Assembly: GCA_001767435.1 (NCBI GenBank)
Contig: MEKT01000037.1
Location: 25,840 to 89,839 of the forward strand
Reading direction: 5' to 3'
From: Acidobacteria bacterium RIFCSPLOWO2_02_FULL_65_29
GTDB taxonomy: Bacteria > Acidobacteriota > Vicinamibacteria > Vicinamibacterales > CAVVIG01
DNA: 64,000 nt
Under the pieces are notes generated by a model, which had not been told where the DNA came from, did not search any database, and was given only the letters and a program-made list of their open reading frames with translations. How positions within the stretch are numbered: the stretch's first letter is position 1; each line of letters starts with the position of its first letter. The translations under genes and the position numbers were made by a program. Positions 42,011 to 52,502 of the stretch are shown in pieces.

Positions 42011-42145
42011 CAGAGCGCGCAGAGATCGCAGAAAAAGAGCCTGGTTTCTGCTTCAGCCACGAAGGCGCGAAGGGATCGTGTTTTCGTGGCCTACAGTTCG
42101 ACCGCAAGCCGCGGATAGCCGCGCACGGTCGCCGCCGGCGATAGT

Positions 42146-43225
42146 GTGTGCATGCTTCAGATACAGCAAGAGCCGTCCGACTCGGACCGCCAGACGATGT
42201 GGCGCGCGGTGCTCGCGCGCGACAGAGACGCCGACGGCCGGTTCGTGTACGCCGTCCGCTCAACGGGTATCTACTGCCGGCCGTCGTGCCCGAGCCGCAA
42301 ACCACACCGGGATCGCGTGGAGTTCTTCGAAACACCCGCGGACGCGGAGCGGGCCGGCTATCGGGCCTGCCGGCGATGCCGTCCGCTCGAGGCCATGCAG
42401 GCGGATCCGTGGCTCGAGAGAATTCGCCGCGCCTGCGTGTATCTGTCGAACGTCGACGGTCATCCGACGCTCGCGACGCTGGCCGCGCGGATCGGTGGCA
42501 GTCCGTATCACCTGCAGCGCAACTTCAAGCGGATCGTCGGCCTGACGCCGCGAGAGTATGCAGACGCCTGCCGTCTGCGAACCGTGAAGCGACGGCTGCG
42601 GGCCGGCCGCGACGTGACCGGCGCCATGCTCGAGGCCGGCTACGGGTCGAGCAGCCGGTTCTACGAACGTGCCGCGCCCTTGCTCGGCATGCCGCCGAAG
42701 ACCTATCAACGCGGCGGCGCCGGCATGGACGTACGCTACACCATTGTGACGTCACCGCTCGGCCGGCTGCTGGTGGCGGCGACGCCGCGCGGCGTGTGCG
42801 CGGTCGCGATGGGCGAGTCGGACCAGAGGCTCGAGCGCGCGCTTCACGCCGAGTACCCGGCGGCCGCCATCCAACCGGACCTGGGATCGCTTGCCGGCTG
42901 GACCCGGCGGATTCTGGCGCACCTCGCCGGCCGCGTCCCGCGTCTCGACTTGCCGCTCGACGTGCAGGCGACCGCGTTTCAATGGCAGGTGTGGACCGCG
43001 CTCGCGGCGATCCCCCGCGGCGAGACGCGCTCGTACGCCGACGTGGCGTCCGCGATTGGCCGTCCGCGCGCGGCGCGGGCCGTCGCGCGCGCCTGCGCCA
43101 CAAATCCGGTGGCGCTGGCCATCCCCTGCCACCGCGTCGTGCCCGCCGCGGGCGGTGTCGGCGGCTATCGCTGGGGGCCTGCCAGAAAGCGCGCCCTTCT
43201 CGCCCGCGAACGCCTCCGCGGGTAG
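42146..43225 (+). CDS. ada: Bifunctional Ada: methylphosphotriester-DNA methyltransferase / AraC-type regulator / O6-methylguanine-DNA methyltransferase
   Basis: N-terminal Zn site (YCRPSCPSR...CRRCRP), a central HTH_AraC region, and the C-terminal active site IPCHRVV. Confidence 0.9.
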   Translation: MCMLQIQQEPSDSDRQTMWRAVLARDRDADGRFVYAVRSTGIYCRPSCPSRKPHRDRVEFFETPADAERAGYRACRRCRPLEAMQADPWLERIRRACVYLSNVDGHPTLATLAARIGGSPYHLQRNFKRIVGLTPREYADACRLRTVKRRLRAGRDVTGAMLEAGYGSSSRFYERAAPLLGMPPKTYQRGGAGMDVRYTIVTSPLGRLLVAATPRGVCAVAMGESDQRLERALHAEYPAAAIQPDLGSLAGWTRRILAHLAGRVPRLDLPLDVQATAFQWQVWTALAAIPRGETRSYADVASAIGRPRAARAVARACATNPVALAIPCHRVVPAAGGVGGYRWGPARKRALLARERLRG

Positions 43226-43428
43226 AATGCCCAATCGCCCGGCGGTCTAACGATGGTGGGCCCCCGCGCCCGACAGCCCGAGGCCGAGAGTCTACGCTCG
43301 AGGCCGAGGGACAAACGAAAGAACGTGCCAGCGAGTGGCAGCCTTGAGCCGTCGCGAGGCGCGAAGACGCGACAGTGTCGGGGCCCCGGCACGACTCAAC
43401 GATGGTCGGGCCCCACGAGAATAAGAGA

Positions 43429-44661
43429 ATGACCAGATACGGCAGATCCCCGTGGATCGAGAACTGTCCCGAGTCTCTCGTTCCCGCCTGTCCCAAGCAG
43501 CGCGGATCCCTTCAGACGGACGTCGTCATCGTCGGCGGCGGCCTTGCTGGCTGCATGACGGCTTACGCGTTTGCGGCTGCCGGCATCCGAGTCGCGCTCG
43601 TCGAAGAGGGACAGATCGGGCGGGGCAGCAGCGGATGCTCGTCTGGATGGATTTCGGACGATCCGGGCGTCGGTTTTCAGGACGTCGAACGCGCCCTTGG
43701 CGTGCGGGCGGCGCGCCACGGCTGGCGGTCGTGGCGTCGAGCGGCGCTCGATTTCATCGCTCTCGTGAGGCGGCTGAAGCTGGCGTGCCGCTTCGATCAG
43801 CGCGGTGCGCTGCTCGTGGCGAATACGCCCGAGCAGGCGCTCCGCTTGAAAAAGGAGCAGAAAGTCCGGCGCGACGCCGGGCTCGACGCGCCCCTCGTCA
43901 ACGCCCGCGCGATTGCCGTCGAGGCGGCGGTGTCGGCCATCTCCGCCATCAAGACCCGAGACGGCGCCACGGTCGATCCCTATCGGGCGGCGATTGGGCT
44001 GGCCGGCGCCGCGGCGGACCGGGGCGCGAAGCTGTTCGAGCGCTCACCTGCGCGCCGCATCACGTTCGCGCGTAAGTTTGTCGACGTCGGGACGCCGCAC
44101 GGCACGATTCGCGCCGACCGGGTGGTCGTGGCGACGGGCACGCCGACGCCGTTGTTCAAAACGCTTGCGCGCCATTTCTGGTATCGGAGCTCCTTTCTGG
44201 TGCTCACCGAGCGAGTGCCTGCAAGAATCCGCCAGCAGCTCGGCCGCCGCGGCGCCGTTGTCCGCGATTCCGCCGCGCCGCCACATGTCATCCGCTGGGT
44301 CGAGGACGAGCGGCTGCTTGTTTCGGGCGCCGACTGTAACACCGGCCCAGACCGCCAACGCGGGACGATCCTGGTCCAGCGGACCGGCCAGCTGATGTAC
44401 GAGCTATCCACGATTTATCCTGACATCTCCGGCCTGCAGCCCGAGTACGGCTGGGACGCGGGTTACGGGCGAACAGCGGACGGCCTGCCGTATCTCGGTC
44501 CGCACCGCAATTACCCGCGCCACCTTTTTGCACTTGGCGACGCCAGCCACAGCGTGACAGGGGCGTATCTAGCCAGCCGCGTGCTGCTGCGCCATTTCCT
44601 CGACGAAGCCGAAGAGGCCGACGAGGTGTTCGGGTTCCACAGGCTGCCACGCTCCGGCTAG
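43429..44661 (+). CDS. FAD-dependent oxidoreductase (DAO family)
   Basis: Dinucleotide fold DVVIVGGGLAGCMTAYAFAAAGIRVALVE. Upstream alternative starts reach back to 43375. Confidence 0.8.
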   Translation: MTRYGRSPWIENCPESLVPACPKQRGSLQTDVVIVGGGLAGCMTAYAFAAAGIRVALVEEGQIGRGSSGCSSGWISDDPGVGFQDVERALGVRAARHGWRSWRRAALDFIALVRRLKLACRFDQRGALLVANTPEQALRLKKEQKVRRDAGLDAPLVNARAIAVEAAVSAISAIKTRDGATVDPYRAAIGLAGAAADRGAKLFERSPARRITFARKFVDVGTPHGTIRADRVVVATGTPTPLFKTLARHFWYRSSFLVLTERVPARIRQQLGRRGAVVRDSAAPPHVIRWVEDERLLVSGADCNTGPDRQRGTILVQRTGQLMYELSTIYPDISGLQPEYGWDAGYGRTADGLPYLGPHRNYPRHLFALGDASHSVTGAYLASRVLLRHFLDEAEEADEVFGFHRLPRSG

Positions 44662-44677
44662 GGCAGAAAGGGGCGCG

Positions 44678-45460
44678 TTGTCGAGCGGGGGTGGGGCCCC
44701 GCGAGCAGTGAAAAAGTCGGGCGGGAAGGCCAGGAAGGGCGGCCCGCCTTACACTTATCTGGTGCCGGTGGATCTGCTCGTGTTCGGACCACATCCCGAC
44801 GACATCGAGATCGGCCTCGGCGGGACCGTTGCACGACACGCCTCGCTCGGTTCGATCGTCGGGCTCTGCGATCTCACGGCTGGCGAGATGGGCAGCAACG
44901 GCACGCCCGACGAGCGGCTCGTCGAGGCTGAGAACGCGCGCGTCGTGCTCGGCGCCGCCTGGCGCGAGAACCTGCGGTGGCCCGATCGGCGCATCGGGAA
45001 GGATCCGAACCATCTGGAGCATGCCGCCTCGTTCATTCGGCGCCATCAGCCGCGCGTGGTGGCGGCACCGTACTGGTCCGACCGCCATCCGGACCACACG
45101 GCGTCCAGCCAGCTTCTGACCGAAGCCGTCTTCAACGCCGGTCTGCGCCGCTATCGTGCGGAAGGCGAGCCGTGGAAAACCGATTGGATCTGCTATTACT
45201 TCATCAACGATCAGGCGTCGCCGACCTTTGTCATCGACGTTTCGGCGACCTACGACAAGAAACGCGCGGCGCTCGACTGCCACAGGACGCAGTTCGAACC
45301 GGCGGCGCCCGGCGCGGCCGACACTCGGCTGAACACGCCCCTCTTCCGCCAGCTCATCGAAAGCCGCGACGCGCAGTTCGGCGCGCTTGCCGGTGTCCGA
45401 TGGGCCGAGGGGTTCGTGGTGCGGGAGCCCATCCTGCGCACGAGCTTGCTCAAGGGCTAG
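44678..45460 (+). CDS. bshB1: PIG-L/LmbE family deacetylase, BshB1-like
   Basis: VFGPHPDDIEIGLGGT ... DLTAGEMGSNGT ... DRHPDH, located directly upstream of bshA. Confidence 0.75.
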   Translation: MSSGGGAPRAVKKSGGKARKGGPPYTYLVPVDLLVFGPHPDDIEIGLGGTVARHASLGSIVGLCDLTAGEMGSNGTPDERLVEAENARVVLGAAWRENLRWPDRRIGKDPNHLEHAASFIRRHQPRVVAAPYWSDRHPDHTASSQLLTEAVFNAGLRRYRAEGEPWKTDWICYYFINDQASPTFVIDVSATYDKKRAALDCHRTQFEPAAPGAADTRLNTPLFRQLIESRDAQFGALAGVRWAEGFVVREPILRTSLLKG

Positions 45461-45472
45461 AGGCTAGAGGCT

Positions 45473-46606
45473 ATGAACATTGGCATCGTCTGTTACGCGT
45501 CGGTCGGCGGGAGCGGGATCATCGCGACCGAATTGGGCAAAGTGCTGGCGTCGCGCGGCCACCACGTCCACATCCTGAGCAGCGAGATGCCGGTCCGGCT
45601 GGGCGTGTTTCAGCCAGGGCTGGCCTTTCATCGCGTCGAGACGCCGAGCTATCCCGTGTTCCGCGAGCCGCAGTATCTGCTGTCGCTCGCCAACAAGATC
45701 GTGGAGGTCTCGCGCGAAGAAAAGCTCGACGTGGTGCACGCTCACTACGCCGTGCCCCACGCGACAGCGGCGTATCTGGCGCGTCAGATTCTCGCGTCGG
45801 CGGGCCAGGCTCGTGTGCCACGCGTGATTACGACCCTGCACGGCACCGACATTACCCTTCTCGGCACCGATCGGTCGTATTCCGAGACGGTGGCGTTCTG
45901 CATTCAGCAATCCGACGGGGTGACGGCCGTCTCCGAGAGTCTGAAGCGCGACACGATCCGCGAGCTGGGCGTGACGCGCGAGATTCGCGTGATCCCAAAT
46001 TTTGTCGACTGCGCGACCCACAAGCGCCATCCGGTGCCCGAGCTGCAGGAACGGTTCGCGCCGCGCGGCGAGAAGCTGCTCATCCACGTCTCCAATTTCC
46101 GTCCGGTCAAGCGCACGAAATCCGTGGTCGAGGTCTTCGCGCGCGTGCGCCGGCAGACGCCGGCTCGGCTGCTCATGGTTGGCGACGGCCCGGACTTCCA
46201 CGACGCGATGTGCCTCGCCCGCTCGCTCGGCGTGGGCGACGATGTGGAGTTTCTGGGAGAGCAGGATCAGGTGGTGCCGCTGCTCTCGGCGGCCGATGTG
46301 TTTCTGGTGCCGTCCGTGAAGGAGAGCTTCGGTCTGGCGGCGCTCGAGGCCATGGCGTGCGAAGTGCCCGTCGTGGCGTCGGCGATCGGCGGCCTGCCCG
46401 AGCTCGTCGAGGACGGCGTCAACGGCTTCCTCCATGATCCGGACGATCTGGACGGCATGGCCGGCTCGACGATCCGGCTGCTCACCGACGCGACCTTGCA
46501 CCGCCGGGCGGCCGAGGCAGCTCGCCGGACGGCCGAAGACCGCTACTGCGACTCCAAGATCGTTCCGATGTATGAGGCCTATTACGCGGAAATGGTCAAC
46601 CGCTAA
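45473..46606 (+). CDS. bshA: N-acetyl-alpha-D-glucosaminyl L-malate synthase (GT4), BshA-like
   Basis: N-terminus [34 protein letters not shown] is very BshA-like. GT4 C-terminal motif [18 protein letters not shown]. Confidence 0.8.
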   Translation: MNIGIVCYASVGGSGIIATELGKVLASRGHHVHILSSEMPVRLGVFQPGLAFHRVETPSYPVFREPQYLLSLANKIVEVSREEKLDVVHAHYAVPHATAAYLARQILASAGQARVPRVITTLHGTDITLLGTDRSYSETVAFCIQQSDGVTAVSESLKRDTIRELGVTREIRVIPNFVDCATHKRHPVPELQERFAPRGEKLLIHVSNFRPVKRTKSVVEVFARVRRQTPARLLMVGDGPDFHDAMCLARSLGVGDDVEFLGEQDQVVPLLSAADVFLVPSVKESFGLAALEAMACEVPVVASAIGGLPELVEDGVNGFLHDPDDLDGMAGSTIRLLTDATLHRRAAEAARRTAEDRYCDSKIVPMYEAYYAEMVNR

Positions 46607-46688
46607 CAAACCGGGCGCGAATCGCTCCACCACGGAGGACAGAGGAAGGGCGTCCAAATCTATAGGATTTGACCGCTCCGGAGGCATA

Positions 46689-49628
46689 ATGGGCCTCTTG
46701 CGGACAGGAGTCCGTGTGACGTGGGCCATGCGCTATAAGCTCTCGCGTGTCGCGTTGTGCTGCTGCCTGGCGTCGGCCGCCATGTTGCTGCCGCGCGCGC
46801 AGATGCGCATCGCGCCGCTCGACGAGGAGCAGGGTCATGTCGCCCTCGGTCTGGCCCTTCGCCACCTCGGCAACACGGGCATCTTCATGGACGTCACCGC
46901 CCATCCCGACGATGAAAACAACGGGCTGCTGGTGATGCTCAACCGGGGGCAGGGCTACCGCACGGCCCTCGCTACGGCCACGCGAGGCAACGGCGGGCAG
47001 AACGAGATAGGCCCCGAGATTTTCGAGGCGCTTGGCGTGCTGCGCACCGAGGAACTCGCCGCCATCCACCGGTTCGACGGGGCGGAGCAGTACTTCGCGC
47101 GCGCCGTCGACTTCGGCTACTCGTTCAGCATCGAGGAGACGTTCGAGAAATGGGGCCGGAGTGAAATTGTCGGCGACTTCGTCCGCCTCATCCGCCTGAT
47201 TCGTCCCGATGTGATGCTCAGCCTGCCGCCAGAGGGCGACGGCGGCGGGCAGCACCATCAGGCGTCGGCGGTGATCGCCCGCGAGGCCTACCTGGCCGCG
47301 GCCGATCCCGCGAAGTACCCCGAGCACCTGAAGGACGGCTTGCGGCCGTGGCAGCCGAAGAAGTTCTATGCGGCGAGCGGACGCGGAGGCGGGCCCGGCG
47401 GTGCCGAGCTGGCGTCGCCGCCGGCCCGGACGGTCACGGTCAACCTGTCGGCGTACGATCCGCTCCTCGGTCGGACCTACAGCGAGATCGGCGCCGAAGC
47501 GCGGAGCATGCACAAGTGCCAGGGTTTTCCGCAGCTGTTGGCCTTGCCCGGGCCGTCGGCCAGCACGTTCCGGCTCGTGGAATCGTCGATGTCCGGACAG
47601 CTGCAGCGGGACGAGCGCACGCTTTTCGACAACGTCGATACGAGCCTTGCCGGTCTTGCGCAGTTTGTGGGGGCCCGTCCGCCCAGGGATCTCATCGAGG
47701 CGCTGTCGGCGATTTCGTCGGCCGTCGCTTCCGCGCAGGAAGCATTCACCGAAGAAGGCGACGCGGCGACGCTCGTGCCGCTTCTGAACGGTCTGCGCGC
47801 CGTGCGATCGGCGCGTGCCCGGCTGCGCGGCCTCGTGGCCGACGAAGGCGGCCGCTTCGAGATCGAGTTCCGCCTTCGCCAGAAGGAACGGGAGTTCCAG
47901 CAAGCCATTCTCCTGGCCAACGCCGTTCGTATTGAAGCGCTGGCCGACGATGGATTGGTCGTGCCTGGACAGTCCGTACAGGTGTCCGTGCACGTCGCCA
48001 ATCGCGGCAGGTCGGACGTGACAGTCAAGCAGGTGAAGTTCGACGGGTTCGAGAGCGGCGCCGCATGCACGCTGACCGCGGTCGAGGGCGGCGGCGGCTC
48101 CGGACCGGGCGGCGGCGGCCGCGCGGTCGGTGGCCGTGGCGGTGTCACCGGAGGGCGGGGCCGTGGCGCCGCGGCGACTTCGCCTGTGCCAGTTTCCACG
48201 CTTCGGCCCGACCAGGTCGGGCGCTGTGATCCTGAGTTGCGTGTCCGCGCCGGCGAGCGCGTGTCGGAGCCGTACTGGCATCGCGACGGCCAGGCTGGCC
48301 GCTATACGTTCGACGCGGACGCGCCGTTCGGACTCCCGAACCGGCCGACGCCGTTCTACGTTCAGGTCACGCTCGGGTTCGCGGGTGGGGAAGATGTGAT
48401 CGGCGGCTTGCCCGTCCAGTACAGGTACTCGGACGTCCTCAGCGGTGAAAAACGGTCGGACTTGCACGTGGTGCCAGCGCTGTCGGTGCGCGCCTCACCG
48501 GAAGTGGCGATCCTTTCCGTCTCTACGCCCGGCGCGCCAAGCGTTTCGGCGGCGCCGGCGCGTGGCAGCGGTGTGCCGGCCGGGCCCGCCCGCGGCGCGC
48601 GTGGCCGCGGTGGCGCGACGCCTGCGGCGCGAGGTCGGGGCACCCCCTCCGAACCCGTGCCTGCTCCGCCGTCGGCCCGAGAAATCCGAGTCACCGTCGT
48701 CAACGATACGAAGGGACCGGCTGAAGCGGGCGTGACGCTCACGTTGCCTCCAGGATGGGGGGCGACGCCCGCGGAACACGCCTTGGCGTTCACACGCGAG
48801 GACGAAGCGCAAACCGTCAGATTCCAGGTGCGCCCGGCCGCGTCGGTGCGGACAGGCGAATTCCGGGTTGGCGCGGTGGCCACCACGGCCGGGCAGCAAT
48901 TCCGTCGTGGTTTCCAGGTCATCGAGTACCCGCACATCCGCCGGCGGCACCTGTACCACGAGGCAGACTCAACGCTGAAGATTCTGGACGTCAAGACGAA
49001 GCCGAACCTGACGGTCGGTTACGTCATGGGCGTCGGCGACGAAGTGCCACAGGCGATTGCGGAGCTCGGCATCAAAGTGGACCTGATCGGCGCCGAAGAT
49101 CTCGCGTGGGGCGATCTGTCGCGCTTCCACACGATCGTCACGGGCGTGCGAGCCTACGAGCGGCGCGCCGATCTGCGAGCGAACAACGGCCGCCTGATCG
49201 AATACGTCCGCAACGGCGGCACGCTCATCGTGCAGTACAACAAATTCGAGTTCAACGACGCGCAGTACGGACCGTACCCAGCCGTCGTGAGCGACAACCG
49301 GGTCACCGACGAGCGCGCCCCCGTGAACATCGTCGCGCGCGGGCATCCGGTTTTCACGACTCCCAACGAAACGAGCGATACCACGTGGGGTGGCTGGGTG
49401 CAGGAGCGCGGGTTGTATTTTCTCGGTGAGAGAGATTCGAGGTACCGGGATCTCGTGAGCCTGGCCGATCCGTTTCCGGGCAACCCGGGCGTCAAAGACG
49501 GAGCCCTTGTCGAGGCGACCTTCGGCAAGGGGCGATGGGTGTATGTCGGCCTCGGTCTGTGGCGCCAGCTGCAGGCCGGCGTTCCCGGTGCGTATCAGCT
49601 GCTGGCCAATCTGATTAGCCTCAAATGA
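46689..49628 (+). CDS. Large secreted LmbE/PIG-L-domain protein with a C-terminal amidotransferase/ThuA-like region
   Basis: GGAGG 5 nt before ATG 46689. Motif AHPDDENNG. Two Gly/Arg/Ala-rich low-complexity linkers. Confidence 0.7.
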   Translation: MGLLRTGVRVTWAMRYKLSRVALCCCLASAAMLLPRAQMRIAPLDEEQGHVALGLALRHLGNTGIFMDVTAHPDDENNGLLVMLNRGQGYRTALATATRGNGGQNEIGPEIFEALGVLRTEELAAIHRFDGAEQYFARAVDFGYSFSIEETFEKWGRSEIVGDFVRLIRLIRPDVMLSLPPEGDGGGQHHQASAVIAREAYLAAADPAKYPEHLKDGLRPWQPKKFYAASGRGGGPGGAELASPPARTVTVNLSAYDPLLGRTYSEIGAEARSMHKCQGFPQLLALPGPSASTFRLVESSMSGQLQRDERTLFDNVDTSLAGLAQFVGARPPRDLIEALSAISSAVASAQEAFTEEGDAATLVPLLNGLRAVRSARARLRGLVADEGGRFEIEFRLRQKEREFQQAILLANAVRIEALADDGLVVPGQSVQVSVHVANRGRSDVTVKQVKFDGFESGAACTLTAVEGGGGSGPGGGGRAVGGRGGVTGGRGRGAAATSPVPVSTLRPDQVGRCDPELRVRAGERVSEPYWHRDGQAGRYTFDADAPFGLPNRPTPFYVQVTLGFAGGEDVIGGLPVQYRYSDVLSGEKRSDLHVVPALSVRASPEVAILSVSTPGAPSVSAAPARGSGVPAGPARGARGRGGATPAARGRGTPSEPVPAPPSAREIRVTVVNDTKGPAEAGVTLTLPPGWGATPAEHALAFTREDEAQTVRFQVRPAASVRTGEFRVGAVATTAGQQFRRGFQVIEYPHIRRRHLYHEADSTLKILDVKTKPNLTVGYVMGVGDEVPQAIAELGIKVDLIGAEDLAWGDLSRFHTIVTGVRAYERRADLRANNGRLIEYVRNGGTLIVQYNKFEFNDAQYGPYPAVVSDNRVTDERAPVNIVARGHPVFTTPNETSDTTWGGWVQERGLYFLGERDSRYRDLVSLADPFPGNPGVKDGALVEATFGKGRWVYVGLGLWRQLQAGVPGAYQLLANLISLK

Positions 49629-49696
49629 GATTGCAGATTTAAGAGTTCAGATTTCAGACTTCATTTCGACTTCATTCAGACTTCGGAACTGCAGAT

Positions 49697-51013
49697 TTGA
49701 AAGGCGCTGACAAATCTGTCCTTGTGGTAGGCGCCGGACCCGCGGGTGCCACGGCCGCGCGGGCGCTCGCTCGAGCTGGAGTAACCGTCCGGCTGCTCGA
49801 CCGGTCTAATTTCCCAAGAAACAAGGCGTGTGGCGGCGGCATCAGCCTTCGGGTGCTGAAGCGGTTTCCGTATCTCGAAGCCGAGCTGGGACGGATCGCC
49901 ACCCACACGGTCGGCCGGCTCCACCTCGAAGGCCCGGGCGGCGACTCGACCGTCGTCGACGCGCGGGAGCCGGCGGCGTTGCTCGTCCGCCGCCTCGAAT
50001 TCGACCAGCTGCTGGTCTCGCTCGCCGTCGACGCGGGCGCAGAGCTGGTCACCGGCGCGGACATCGTTCAGGCTTCGATGGACGCTGCCCGCGTCGTGCT
50101 GGTGACGCGAGATGGCCGGCGCTTCGAGTCGCCGTTCGTGATTGCCGCCGACGGCGTCTACAGCGTCGTCGGGCGGCGGTTAGGTGTGAACCCTGGCTGG
50201 CCGGCGCGCGCGGTGGCGCTGGACATGATGGAGGAGACGCCCCGCGACAGGCTCCGGGACGTCGATCCATCGGCGCTCTGGGTCGCGTACGGTTTTGAAC
50301 GAGACGGCCACTCGTGCGCGCATGGAGACAAGGGTCGGGCAGCTGAAGGATATGCGTACATCTTCCCAAAACGGGATCATGTCAACATCGGCGTCGGCTA
50401 CGTGCTCCAACACTTTCGCGACAGGATCGATGAGTCGCCTTACGACCTCCAGCGAGGGTTCGTGGAGCACGTGCGGAGTCGCGGCGTGGTCGAGGGCGAA
50501 TCGGTGCGCGCCAATTTCACGCCGTTTCAGATTCCCGTCGGTGGGCCGATCGGGCGCCCGGGCCGGGGCCGCGTGTTGCTGGCCGGCGATGCTGGGGGCT
50601 TCGTCAACGCCGTCACGGCCGAGGGCATCTATTACGCGATGGTCTCGGGCGATCTGGCAGCCCGGTCGCTGGTCGAGACCACGCCTTTGTCGGAACGGAG
50701 CCTTGCGGCGCGCTATCGTCGGGCCTGCGATCACGAAATTGGTCGTGAGCTGAAGGATTCGGTGCTCATTCAGCAGTATCTCTTTGGAGATCGGCGCAGA
50801 ATTGGGCGACTGATTGACGGCGCGACTCGTGCTCCGGCGATCACGGAGCTGATTTCGGATTTTGTCATCGGCCGGGTGAGCTATCCTGTACTGCGTCGGC
50901 GGCTGCTGTCGGCGGCGCCGCATTTGGCGGGGCGGATGATCTGGGAGCGGCTCAGGGGGCTGGGAGCCTCGCGCGACGCGCTGGATACCTACGCCAAAGG
51001 GGCCGGGCGTTAG
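49697..51013 (+). CDS. Geranylgeranyl-reductase-family FAD-dependent oxidoreductase
   Basis: VLVVGAGPAGATAARALARAGVTVRLLDR ... KACGGGIS ... LLAGDAGGFVNAVTAEGIYYAM. Confidence 0.8.
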   Translation: MKGADKSVLVVGAGPAGATAARALARAGVTVRLLDRSNFPRNKACGGGISLRVLKRFPYLEAELGRIATHTVGRLHLEGPGGDSTVVDAREPAALLVRRLEFDQLLVSLAVDAGAELVTGADIVQASMDAARVVLVTRDGRRFESPFVIAADGVYSVVGRRLGVNPGWPARAVALDMMEETPRDRLRDVDPSALWVAYGFERDGHSCAHGDKGRAAEGYAYIFPKRDHVNIGVGYVLQHFRDRIDESPYDLQRGFVEHVRSRGVVEGESVRANFTPFQIPVGGPIGRPGRGRVLLAGDAGGFVNAVTAEGIYYAMVSGDLAARSLVETTPLSERSLAARYRRACDHEIGRELKDSVLIQQYLFGDRRRIGRLIDGATRAPAITELISDFVIGRVSYPVLRRRLLSAAPHLAGRMIWERLRGLGASRDALDTYAKGAGR

Positions 51014-51029
51014 CGCCAGGGGCTTCAGG

Positions 51030-52502
51030 GTGCGAACGATGGCGACAGTCTACGATCCGCAATTCGAGCATCTCCTTCGCCGGGCGGGCTTCGGCGCGCG
51101 GCCCGACGAGATGGACACGTTTCGCACGCTCTCGTTCAACGGCGCCATCGATCGACTGATCAACTACGAGAGGATTCCAGACGAGGTCGACTCGAAGATT
51201 TTTCAGGCGGGCTACGCTGGTGTGACGACCCGCGGCGGGCCGCTCGCTCCCCAATCCAGCATTGTCGACGCGCGGCAGCGATGGCTGTTCCGGATGGTGC
51301 ATTCGGACCGCCCGCTCCAAGAGAAGATGACGCTCTTCTGGCACAACCATTTCGCGACCGCCTACACGAAGGTGGCCGGGACGCTTGGCGCCACTGAAGG
51401 CGCGCGTTACATGGCGGCGAAGGCGTCGGAAGACCCGGGCGGCGTTCGCGGCCAGCTCGAAATGCTGCGCGACAACGCGCTCGGCAACTTCAAGGACATC
51501 CTCGTCAATATCGCGAAAGACACGGCGATGCTCGTCTGGCTCGACGGACGAACCAACACGAGGGCCAGACCGCAGGAGAACTTCGGCCGCGAGATCATGG
51601 AGCTCTTCACGATGGGCGTCGGCAACTACACGGAAGCCGACGTGTATGCCGCCGCGCGGGTGTTCACCGGGTGGAATCTGACGCGTCCCGGCGCGGCGAC
51701 CGACGGCTCTCGGCGTTATGCGTTCTTCTACAACGCCAACCAGCACGAGACCACGGCCAAGACATTCAGCTTTGCGATTTATCCCGACGGGGGCACGACC
51801 ATTCCGGCGCGCTCTACGGCCGACGGTATGCAGGACGGGCTCGATTTCATCGAGGGGCTGGCCGCGCATCCGAGCACCGCGCGCTATCTCGCGAAAAAGC
51901 TGTACCGCTTCTTCGTCTCCGAGTTTGGCGACGTCAGTGAGAGCTTCGTCAGCCGAATCGCGAACGTGTACCTGCAAAGCCGGTACGACATGAAGAGCGT
52001 GATGCGCGAGGTGCTGTTGTCTCCCGAGTTCTGGGACTCGTCGAGCTACTTCGCCCGCTACGCCTGGCCGGTCGAGTTCGTCGTTCGCGCGGTCAAGGAT
52101 GTCGGCTGGAGGGGGTACTCGGTCAACGACGCGCTCGCGCCGCTGTCGAACATGGGCCAGATTCTCTACGACCCGCCCGACGTGGCGGGTTGGGACTACG
52201 GCCAGTCGTGGTTCTCGACTGGGGCGATGCTGTCGCGGATGAATTTCGCGTCCGCGCTGGCGGGGAACCAGCGGTTCAATCTGGCGACCGCGGCCGCGCC
52301 GTATGCCAAGAGCCCCGACGAAGTGCTGTCGTTCGTGCTCGACTCGATGCGCACCGCGCCGCTCGACGCCAACGTGGTCGCCGAGCTGTCGAACTACCTG
52401 CACGCGACCACTGCGTGGACCGGCAATGCGGCCCAGCTGCAAGCGAAGGTTCCCGGTCTCGTGCACCTCGTGGGTGCCACCGCGGAGTACCAGTTCGTAT
52501 GA
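51030..52502 (+). CDS. DUF1800 domain protein
   Basis: FEHLLRRAGFGARPDE N-terminus plus the length are characteristic. Paired with DUF1501. Confidence 0.8.
   Translation: MRTMATVYDPQFEHLLRRAGFGARPDEMDTFRTLSFNGAIDRLINYERIPDEVDSKIFQAGYAGVTTRGGPLAPQSSIVDARQRWLFRMVHSDRPLQEKMTLFWHNHFATAYTKVAGTLGATEGARYMAAKASEDPGGVRGQLEMLRDNALGNFKDILVNIAKDTAMLVWLDGRTNTRARPQENFGREIMELFTMGVGNYTEADVYAAARVFTGWNLTRPGAATDGSRRYAFFYNANQHETTAKTFSFAIYPDGGTTIPARSTADGMQDGLDFIEGLAAHPSTARYLAKKLYRFFVSEFGDVSESFVSRIANVYLQSRYDMKSVMREVLLSPEFWDSSSYFARYAWPVEFVVRAVKDVGWRGYSVNDALAPLSNMGQILYDPPDVAGWDYGQSWFSTGAMLSRMNFASALAGNQRFNLATAAAPYAKSPDEVLSFVLDSMRTAPLDANVVAELSNYLHATTAWTGNAAQLQAKVPGLVHLVGATAEYQFV

Noticed and set aside
43248-43414. 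Direct repeat aacgatggt(g/c)gggcccc at 43248-43265 and 43397-43414, upstream of the FAD oxidoreductase
   Set aside because: There are only two 17-18-nt copies, with no palindromic character or obvious promoter relation. That is insufficient to call a regulatory site.
48080-48180. Gly/Arg-rich stretch as a separate gene or DNA-level repeat
   Set aside because: It is in frame within the large LmbE-like ORF and has no nucleotide-level periodicity beyond GGC/CGC codon bias. I treated it as a low-complexity linker.
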